This document shows positions 57,191-64,000 of a DNA stretch of 64,000 bases, piece by piece; positions within the stretch are counted from its first letter, which is position 1; each line of letters starts with the position of its first letter. The translations under genes were made by a program, and so were the position numbers. The stretch covers positions 78,976-142,975 of the forward strand of contig JAJPHC010000030.1 in NCBI GenBank assembly GCA_021325515.1. Direction: 5' to 3'. The notes beneath the pieces were generated by a model that did no database searches, had not been told where the DNA came from, and worked only from the letters and a program-made list of their open reading frames with translations. The stretch is from Acidobacteriota bacterium (GTDB lineage Bacteria > Acidobacteriota > Thermoanaerobaculia > Gp7-AA8).

Positions 57191-57958
57191 ATGTCCGTAC
57201 GTGCCGCTCAGGCGCTTTATCACCGGTTGATTCCCGCCTCGATCCGCAATCCGATCGGCGCATTCCGGCGCCGCCTCGGCGATCGTGTGCGCCGGGCGAG
57301 CGTGCCGTATCCGCTTCCCCCTGCGCGGCTTCTGCGCAATGTGCAGCTCACGCCCTACGTCAAGGAGTACCTCTCGGTGGGCCGCAAGTCGGCCGAATCG
57401 ATCATCGCCGCGCTCGCTTCGCGGAGCCCGGCTCGCGTGCTCGATTTCGGATGCGGCTCGGCACGCACGCTGCGGCATCTGCGCAACACGGGATGGGAGC
57501 TATACGGCTGCGACATCGACGCGGACGCGATCGCGTGGTCGCGCAGCGCACTTCCCTTCGCGCGCTTCGATGTCAACGGCGCGGAACCGCCACTCCCCTA
57601 CGCCGGCGCGTTGTTCGACGCCGTCTACACGATCTCCGTCTTCACGCATTTCCCGCCGGGACAGCAGGAGCGCTGGGCTGCCGAGATGGCGCGCGTGCTG
57701 CGCACCGGCGGAACGCTCGTCGTCTCGAGCGTTGGCTTCACGGCACTCCAGGCATTCGCGGGCAGCGCGGAGAATCTCGCGCAACTGGAGGCGGAGGGAA
57801 CCTTGTTCATCCGCGGCACCGAGGAGTTCAACGCGAGCGGCATGTACCACGCGCGGGCCGGACTCGAGCGGCTCTTCGGCCCTCACTTCACGATGGATGT
57901 CCACGAGGAGCGCGGGCTGGATGGCTTTCAGGATCTGACGATCTTCACGCGCCGGTAG
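57191..57958 (+). CDS. Class I SAM-dependent methyltransferase
   Basis: Motifs VLDFGCGSAR, GCDID and SVFTH. Confidence 0.88.
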   Translation: MSVRAAQALYHRLIPASIRNPIGAFRRRLGDRVRRASVPYPLPPARLLRNVQLTPYVKEYLSVGRKSAESIIAALASRSPARVLDFGCGSARTLRHLRNTGWELYGCDIDADAIAWSRSALPFARFDVNGAEPPLPYAGALFDAVYTISVFTHFPPGQQERWAAEMARVLRTGGTLVVSSVGFTALQAFAGSAENLAQLEAEGTLFIRGTEEFNASGMYHARAGLERLFGPHFTMDVHEERGLDGFQDLTIFTRR

Positions 57959-58928
57959 TGCTCTCTCCTCGAATCAGTCCCCAGACGATTCCGCAGAAAT
58001 ACGTCGCGTGATGTGCCGCGAAGGCGGCCGGGATCACCGGCCAGTAGCGCAGCGGCAGGCGCGTATGGCGTGCGCCGAGAATGAGCGTGGCGATGACGTA
58101 GAGCGGCAGGGACACGGGAAGGGCGAGCAATCCGATCAGACCCAGCAGCAGGAACGCGCGCACTTTCGGCGGTCTGATTCCGCGCTCGCGCATCATCCGT
58201 CCGGTCTTCACGCGATAACGCCAGCGCTGCGCGAGATACGCGCCGGGAAACGCGCGGCGGCGATGGAAGACTCGCACCGTGTCGCTGTAGACGGCGTGCG
58301 GCAGCAGTTGCGTGAGCAATGCGGTGTCCTCGCCGATGTAGCCGATCGATTCGTCGAAGCCGGTGAATGCCGAGCGGCGCACGAAGAGATTCACCAGCGC
58401 GATATCGCTGGGATGCTGCAGAGGGAACGTTCCGCGCCGGTTCTCATGCGCCGCGACGCCGCTGCCGATGAGCGGCGTGGCGAGGAGCGTGTCGGAGATC
58501 AATTCGGCAATCGACGAGTCCGGCGGCGCGGGATCGGGACCGCCCAGCGCGAGCACGTCGGGATGCTCGTCGAGATACCGCACGGCATTCGCCAGCCAGT
58601 GCGGATCGGCGATCGCATCGTCGTCGATGAACGCCAGCAGCTCCCCCTCGGCGACGGAAGCTGCTCGATTTCTTCGAGTTGCGGGATTACGATTCGCCTC
58701 GACGACGTTTCGTACGCCGGTTCGTGCACACTCGGGAAGAGGCGCCGCCGACACGACGATCAACTCGTACGGAAATGCGGCTTCCTGATTGAGTACCGAC
58801 GCGATGGCTCGTTCCGCGTCGCCGCCGACCCGCTCCACTGGCATGATGACGGAGACTCGAAGAGTCGAAATTGAAAATTGAAAATTGAAAATTGAAAATT
58901 CGCTCCGTCCCCCATTTTCAATTTTCAA
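57945..58928 (-). CDS. Glycosyltransferase family 2 (start uncertain, possibly inside the repeat)
   Basis: Motifs RVSVIMP, RNRAA, AFIDDD, GED and QRWRY; C-terminal TM helices. Confidence 0.85.
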   Translation of the reverse strand: MKIENGGRSEFSIFNFQFSISTLRVSVIMPVERVGGDAERAIASVLNQEAAFPYELIVVSAAPLPECARTGVRNVVEANRNPATRRNRAASVAEGELLAFIDDDAIADPHWLANAVRYLDEHPDVLALGGPDPAPPDSSIAELISDTLLATPLIGSGVAAHENRRGTFPLQHPSDIALVNLFVRRSAFTGFDESIGYIGEDTALLTQLLPHAVYSDTVRVFHRRRAFPGAYLAQRWRYRVKTGRMMRERGIRPPKVRAFLLLGLIGLLALPVSLPLYVIATLILGARHTRLPLRYWPVIPAAFAAHHATYFCGIVWGLIRGESTTGA

Positions 58929-58949
58929 TTTCCAATTTTCAATTTCGAT
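58865..58949. repeat. AT-rich heptamer inverted hairpin (AAATTGA)4/(TCAATTT)4
   Basis: Same family as 38215-38302. Lies between divergent GT2 genes. Confidence 0.9.
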
Positions 58950-58968
58950 TCGCGAAGAACTGAGAAAA

Positions 58969-60192
58969 ATGAAGCTCATTGTTCAAATCCCTGCTTTCAA
59001 TGAAGAGGGCACGATCGCGGCCACGCTCCGCGACATCCCGAAGAAGATCGACGGCATCACCTCGATCGAAACGCTGGTCATCGATGATGGCAGCAGCGAC
59101 AAGACGGTGGACGCAGCGCGCAAGGCCGGCGCGAATCACGTCGTGCAGCTGAAGACGCATCGCGGACTCTCCTCCGCCTTCGTCGCCGGCATCGACGCCG
59201 CGCTTCGCCTCGGCGCCGACGTCATCGTCAACACCGACGCCGACAATCAGTACGCCGCCGCCGACATCGCCAAGCTCGTCGCGCCGATCGTCAAGGGCAC
59301 GGCGGAAGTCGTCGTCGGCGATCGCGAGGTGGCGAATTCGCCGCACATGTCCGGATTCAAGCGCATGCTGCAGCGCCTTGGAAGCTGGACCGTGAGCCTC
59401 GCCTCCGGCATCGACGTCGCCGACGTCACCAGCGGCTTCCGCGCCTTCTCGCGCGAAGCGGCGATGCGGATCAACGTCTTCAACCCATTCACCTACACGC
59501 TCGAGACCATCATTCAATCCGGCAACCACAACCTCGGCGTGCAATCGGTCGCGGTGCGGACGAACGCGCCGACGCGTCCCTCGCGTCTCTATCGCGGCAT
59601 CGGGACGTACCTGCGCAAGTCGGTCGCGACGATCTTCCGCATCTCCACCGTCTATCGCCCCCTCAAGACGTTTGCCTGGCTCGGCTTCGCACTCGTCTTC
59701 GCCGGCGTTCTCCTCGGAATGCGCTTCGTCTGGGCATTCTTCTACGGAAATCGCGCCGGCCATGTGCAGTCGCTCATCCTCTGCGCCGTCTTTCTCGTCA
59801 CCGGATTCCAGACGTGGCTCATCGCGCTCGTCGCGGACCTCATCGCCGTGAATCGACGGATCAGCGAAGACGTGCTGCTGCGGTTGAAGCGGATGGAGAT
59901 GGCGCAGGAGCAGCGGAGGCCGCGGCGCGATCGCGATCGCGATCGAGACCGCGACAGGGAGCGCGAGCAGCGACCGCGTCCCCAACCAGCCGTTGCACCT
60001 CCGCCCCCGAAGGAGCCGGAGACGCAGTGGGTCTGGCTGCACGAGCCGGAGCAGGCGGAAGAGATTCCGGCCGTCGAAGAGAGTCCGGCGCCGGGCGGAG
60101 CACCCAGCGGAGGACGCAGGCGCCGCAGACGGCGCGGTGGTCCGCGCAATCATCCGGAGCTGCCGGGCAATCGCGGCAAGCACCTCGAGTAG
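58969..60192 (+). CDS. Glycosyltransferase family 2 (DPM/GtrB-like) with 2 TM helices and a charged low-complexity tail
   Basis: Motifs IPAFNEE, IDDGSSD, NTDADNQY and DVTSGFRAFSR. Confidence 0.9.
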   Translation: MKLIVQIPAFNEEGTIAATLRDIPKKIDGITSIETLVIDDGSSDKTVDAARKAGANHVVQLKTHRGLSSAFVAGIDAALRLGADVIVNTDADNQYAAADIAKLVAPIVKGTAEVVVGDREVANSPHMSGFKRMLQRLGSWTVSLASGIDVADVTSGFRAFSREAAMRINVFNPFTYTLETIIQSGNHNLGVQSVAVRTNAPTRPSRLYRGIGTYLRKSVATIFRISTVYRPLKTFAWLGFALVFAGVLLGMRFVWAFFYGNRAGHVQSLILCAVFLVTGFQTWLIALVADLIAVNRRISEDVLLRLKRMEMAQEQRRPRRDRDRDRDRDREREQRPRPQPAVAPPPPKEPETQWVWLHEPEQAEEIPAVEESPAPGGAPSGGRRRRRRRGGPRNHPELPGNRGKHLE

Positions 60193-60211
60193 AGATCGGA
60201 GCGCGGCGCGC

Positions 60212-61009
60212 TTACGCGTACGCGTTGCAGAAGTGTGCGGCGAGCTCGCCCGCCAGCGACAGCTCCTTCGGCACCGTGATCAGCGGATGAATCGCGTTGA
60301 AGGTGTGCGTGCCGTTGCCGATGATCATCTTCGATACATCGATGGCGCGCGCCGCGATCCGATCCGCTTCCGCGACCGGCACGCTCTCATCGCGCCCGCC
60401 GTGGACGACGAACAGCGGCACGTGCAGGCGCGACACGGCGGCACCGATGTCGAGCCGCGCGCCGTTCGCTTCGACGTCGTCGAGCATCCGCGTCGACATC
60501 CGCATCACCTGCTTCGTCCTCGCGTTCACGACGTCCAGGAACCCTTCGCGGCGCCACTGCGCGATCGTCGGGGCGTCCCAGCGATCGACGTGTGAGATCG
60601 CGTTCCAGGTGATCACGCCCGCCAGCTCTTCAATCTCCCCGGCCGCGAGCAGCGCGACGCCGCCCCCGCGCGAATGGCCGAGGAGGAAGGTGGGGAGCGT
60701 CGGGAACTGCGAGCGGCAATAGCGCGCCACCGTGCGGAGGTCGGCAACCTGCGCGGAGTACGTGTCGCCGGCGAAGAGATCGAGTCGATCGAATTCATCG
60801 CCACGGCCGCCGATGCCGCAGCGCGACATGTTGAAGCGGCAGACCGCGAGCTCATGCTTCGCGAGATGCTCCGCGAGCCAGGGAAAGAAGCCCCAGTCCA
60901 TGAAGCCCTTGAATCCATGAACGACGATGACCAGCGACCGCGGATGCAGCGGAAGCGTCAGCTCGCCGTGGATCTCGAGCCCCTCGTCGGATTGAAGAAC
61001 GAATTTCAT
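60212..61009 (-). CDS. Alpha/beta hydrolase
   Basis: Motifs HGFKGFMDWG, GHSRGG, HG..D and HTF. Confidence 0.88.
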   Translation of the reverse strand: MKFVLQSDEGLEIHGELTLPLHPRSLVIVVHGFKGFMDWGFFPWLAEHLAKHELAVCRFNMSRCGIGGRGDEFDRLDLFAGDTYSAQVADLRTVARYCRSQFPTLPTFLLGHSRGGGVALLAAGEIEELAGVITWNAISHVDRWDAPTIAQWRREGFLDVVNARTKQVMRMSTRMLDDVEANGARLDIGAAVSRLHVPLFVVHGGRDESVPVAEADRIAARAIDVSKMIIGNGTHTFNAIHPLITVPKELSLAGELAAHFCNAYA

Positions 61010-61018
61010 CAGGTGTGC

Positions 61019-61079
61019 GTGTAGGACAGGCGCCCTCGCCTGTCGGTCCCATGGACAGGCGAGGGCGCCTGTCCTACAC
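61019..61079. repeat. Perfect GTAG-type REP doublet; supplies the ychF stop codon
   Basis: 26-bp perfect inverted arms around a 9-nt spacer. Confidence 0.9.
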
Positions 61080-62168
61080 GTTGAATCGGAACAGGATGAC
61101 GTCGCCGTCCTGCACCTCGTAGTCCTTCCCTTCGCTGCGCATCTTACCCGCGGCCTTCGCACCCTGCTCCCCGCCGAACGCGACGTAATCGTCGTAGGCG
61201 ATGGTCTCCGCGCGAATGAAGCCCCGCTCGAAATCGCTGTGGATCACGCCGGCCGCCTGCGGCGCCTTGTCGCCGCGATGAATCGTCCAGGCGCGCGCCT
61301 CTTTCGGCCCCGCGGTGAAGTAGGTCTCGAGATTCAGCAGCTTGTAGGCGGCGCGCACGAGAAGGTCGAGGCCCGGTTCCGGCAGCCCCATTTCCGTCAG
61401 GAAATCCTTCCGTTCCTCGGGCGGAAGCTGCGAGATCTGCGCTTCGAGCTCGCCGCAGATCACGACGATCTCGCCGCCCTTCGCCTTCGCCACTGCGCGC
61501 ACCTTCTGCAGGAGCGGAGTCTCGCGGCCGAGATCGCCTTCGGCGACATTCGCGACGTAGAGCACCGGCTTGAGCGTGATGAGATTCAGTTCGCGCAACG
61601 CCTCGCGTTCTTCATCGTTGAATGAGAGCGCGCGCAGCGGAGTGCCTTCGTTGGCGGCAGCGATCGCTTTCGTGAGTGCGTCGGCGGCGGCCTGCGCGTC
61701 CTTCTGTCCGACGCGGGCGAGCCGCACGACCTTGTCGGCGCGCTTCTGCAGCGCGTCGAGGTCGGCGAGCAGCAGCTCGGTCTCGATGATCTCGATGTCA
61801 CGCTCCGGATCGACGGAGGTCTCGACATGCACGACGTTCGGATCTTCGAAGCAGCGGACGACATGCAGGATCGCGTCGGTCTCTCTGATGTTCGCCAGGA
61901 ACTGATTGCCGAGCCCTTCACCTTTGCTCGCGCCGCGAACGAGACCGGCGATGTCGACCACGCGCAGATCGGTGTAGATGGTCTGCCTGCTCTGCGCGAG
62001 CTCGGCGAGCTTGTCGAGGCGCTTGTCGACGACCGGCACGATGCCGACGTTCGGCTCGATCGTGCAGAACGGATAGTTCGCGCTCTGCGCTCCCGCTGCA
62101 GTCAATGCGTTGAAGATGGTTGATTTGCCGACGTTCGGCAGTCCGACGATGCCTACACTGAGTCCCAT
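61074..62168 (-). CDS. ychF: Redox-regulated ATPase YchF
   Basis: Motifs GLPNVGKST, NYPFCTIEPN, DIAGLV and HSDFERGFIRAE, ending in FRFNV. Confidence 0.97.
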   Translation of the reverse strand: MGLSVGIVGLPNVGKSTIFNALTAAGAQSANYPFCTIEPNVGIVPVVDKRLDKLAELAQSRQTIYTDLRVVDIAGLVRGASKGEGLGNQFLANIRETDAILHVVRCFEDPNVVHVETSVDPERDIEIIETELLLADLDALQKRADKVVRLARVGQKDAQAAADALTKAIAAANEGTPLRALSFNDEEREALRELNLITLKPVLYVANVAEGDLGRETPLLQKVRAVAKAKGGEIVVICGELEAQISQLPPEERKDFLTEMGLPEPGLDLLVRAAYKLLNLETYFTAGPKEARAWTIHRGDKAPQAAGVIHSDFERGFIRAETIAYDDYVAFGGEQGAKAAGKMRSEGKDYEVQDGDVILFRFNV

Positions 62169-62205
62169 GCGAGGCGAACCAACCTCGCGCGGCGCGCCCG
62201 CATTC

Positions 62206-63135
62206 CTACCGCCGCGCCATCTCCGTCGCGCCGATCAATCCGACTCGCGGATTCGCGATGAGATTCACCGGAATCCCGCGCAGGATCTCGCGGAAGCGTC
62301 CCTTGCGCAGGAAGGCTTCCATGAACCGGCCGTCCGTGAACCACTCCACATTGCGCGCCGCGATGCCCCCGGCGAGGAACACCCCTCCGCGCGTCAGCGC
62401 TCTCAGCGCCATGTTCCCCGCCTCCGCACCATAGATGTCGATGAAGATCGCGACCGCGCGGCGCGCGGCATCATCACCGCGCTGATAGGCCGCGGCGATC
62501 TCCGCCGGCAGCACATCGTCATACTCCCGATCGACGCCGTTCACGAAGTTGTGGATGTTCACGAGCCCCATTCCGGAGACCAGCCGCTCCCAGCTCACGT
62601 GTCCGAGCTTCGCATGCAGATAGAGGAAGAGGCGCGCCTGCTCTTCGTCCTGCGGCGCGAAGTCGGCATGGCCGCCTTCCGATGCCAGCACGTTCCAACG
62701 CGCACCGTCGTGGATCACCACCGCTTCGCCGAGACCGGTGCCGGCGCCGACGATGCCGATCGGCGCGGCCGCCAGGCGCGTTCCCTTCTGAATCGGCGTG
62801 ACGTCGTTCTCGGCGAGAAGCGGCACGCCGAGCGCGACCGCTTCGAAATCGTTGATGAGCGAGACGCGGCCGATCGAGAAGTCGTGCGCGAGCGCATCCG
62901 CGTTCATCGACCAGCGCAGATTCGTCACCGACGCCGTACGGCCGAGGACCGGACCGGCGACGGCAAAGCAGGCGGAATCGACGGGCGAGGCCGCGCGCGA
63001 GAGGAAATCGCGCAGCAGCTCATCGAACGTCGCATACGCTCCGCTCTCGTAACGCCGTTCGATCGAGACCCCATCCTCCCCGACCAGTTGAAGCAGTGTC
63101 TTCGTCCCACCAATATCCCCAGCAATGACGCGCAT
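62206..63135 (-). CDS. glk: Glucokinase
   Basis: Motifs DIGGTK, AVAGPV, INDF, GAGTGLG and SEGGH. Confidence 0.93.
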   Translation of the reverse strand: MRVIAGDIGGTKTLLQLVGEDGVSIERRYESGAYATFDELLRDFLSRAASPVDSACFAVAGPVLGRTASVTNLRWSMNADALAHDFSIGRVSLINDFEAVALGVPLLAENDVTPIQKGTRLAAAPIGIVGAGTGLGEAVVIHDGARWNVLASEGGHADFAPQDEEQARLFLYLHAKLGHVSWERLVSGMGLVNIHNFVNGVDREYDDVLPAEIAAAYQRGDDAARRAVAIFIDIYGAEAGNMALRALTRGGVFLAGGIAARNVEWFTDGRFMEAFLRKGRFREILRGIPVNLIANPRVGLIGATEMARR

Positions 63136-63142
63136 CCACACT

Positions 63143-63254
63143 CCCGTTAAGTTGGTTTTCGGGGGTCACACCTGGAAAATCAATTTAACTCGGCACCGGT
63201 GACCGCCGTTAAGTTGATTTTCCAGGTGTGACCCCCGAAAACCAACTTAACGGG
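63143..63254. repeat. 47-bp near-perfect inverted repeat (MITE/REPIN-like)
   Basis: Arms 63143-63189 and 63208-63254 with one mismatch and an 18-nt loop. Confidence 0.9.
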
Positions 63255-63330
63255 TTGGTTGAACTCAAGAAAGGTGGATGAACGGATTGCTGCCTCGGAG
63301 GAAAAAGTACGTTACACTTCGGCATATTCC

Positions 63331-63744
63331 ATGGTCGGGACCCGAATCCGCGAACTCCGCTCAGCCCGCGGTTTGTCGCTCAGCGAAGTAGCACATCAAG
63401 CCTCAATCAGCGCGGCCACACTCTCCCGGATCGAGACCGGCAAGCAGAACATCGACGTCGGTCTGATGACCCTGATCGCAAAGGTGCTGCACGTCTCTCC
63501 CCACGACTTCCTCGAGAAGCAGGGGCAGGACGAACAGAACCTCGTCGAGAGGATCGCGACGCTCCAGCCGAACGACCGCGCGCGGATCTGGCGTGAAGCC
63601 GGCAGCCGGCGCAAGCGCGACAAGCAGACGCGCGGGTACGAAGAAATCGCGTCGCAGCTGGAGGAAGTCCTGGCGCAAATCGATTTCCTCAGAACCGAGG
63701 TCGAGCGCCTCTGCATCGGATTGCGCACGCAGCGGCGGAAGTAA
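63331..63744 (+). CDS. XRE-family HTH transcriptional regulator
   Basis: IRELR..RGLSL..VA..IS..TLSRIETG motif and a C-terminal coiled coil. Confidence 0.85.
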   Translation: MVGTRIRELRSARGLSLSEVAHQASISAATLSRIETGKQNIDVGLMTLIAKVLHVSPHDFLEKQGQDEQNLVERIATLQPNDRARIWREAGSRRKRDKQTRGYEEIASQLEEVLAQIDFLRTEVERLCIGLRTQRRK

Positions 63745-63756
63745 GGCCAGTCGAAA

Positions 63757-64000
63757 TCAACGGGATGACGTCTCTCCCGGAGGAAATCCGAAACTGATGC
63801 GCACCGCCGCATACTCGCGATGAACCTTGCCGTCGATGCAGCGAACGGTTAGAGGCGATTCGACCGCCAGCGGCTGACCGACAGCCAGATCTTCCCTCCG
63901 CATCGCGCCGAACAGCGAGATCAGCGGCATCTCCCCTTCCTTGAAGATGATGTCGCGTCTGCGCAGCAGGACCAGCCCGCTGTCCTCCAGCGCGCGATCG
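63757..64000 (-). CDS. C-terminus of a gene entering from outside the window, possibly a YfiC/TrmN6-like methyltransferase
   Basis: Manual translation DRALEDSGLVLLRRRDIIFKEGEMPLISLF..PLTVR..YAAVR..FGFPP then TGA. Confidence 0.5.
   Translation of the reverse strand, partial: DRALEDSGLVLLRRRDIIFKEGEMPLISLFGAMRREDLAVGQPLAVESPLTVRCIDGKVHREYAAVRISFGFPPGETSSR

Overview
High-GC bacterial chromosome segment. Gene content and repeat style suggest Acidobacteriota, possibly Thermoanaerobaculia; this is an inference that was not tested. The left 26.5 kb is an anaerobic respiration region. It holds the 3' part of one narGHJI cluster, a secreted M4 protease, an M48 protease, a divergent NnrS-like and Crp/Fnr pair, and a roughly 14 kb operon that joins a di-heme cytochrome c (NarC-like), a second narGHJI and a near-complete alternative complex III (actA, actB, fused actCD, actE, actF) with no oxidase genes attached. 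That Nar/NXR-ACIII operon is the best candidate for a new system. The rest of the window contains two head-to-head truncated genes, vapBC next to tRNA-Arg(CCG), housekeeping genes (M1 aminopeptidase, glycogen debranching enzyme, rsgA, dinB, ychF, glk), signalling genes, a frameshifted ParE/RelE-like toxin and a radical-SAM/glycosyltransferase locus. At least 7 families of REP-like or short-tandem palindromic elements are present, several of them inside coding sequence or supplying start and stop codons. Many genes have a TANNNT -10 box 6-7 nt before the start codon, which suggests leaderless mRNA. No CRISPR array, rRNA gene, integrase or transposase was seen.
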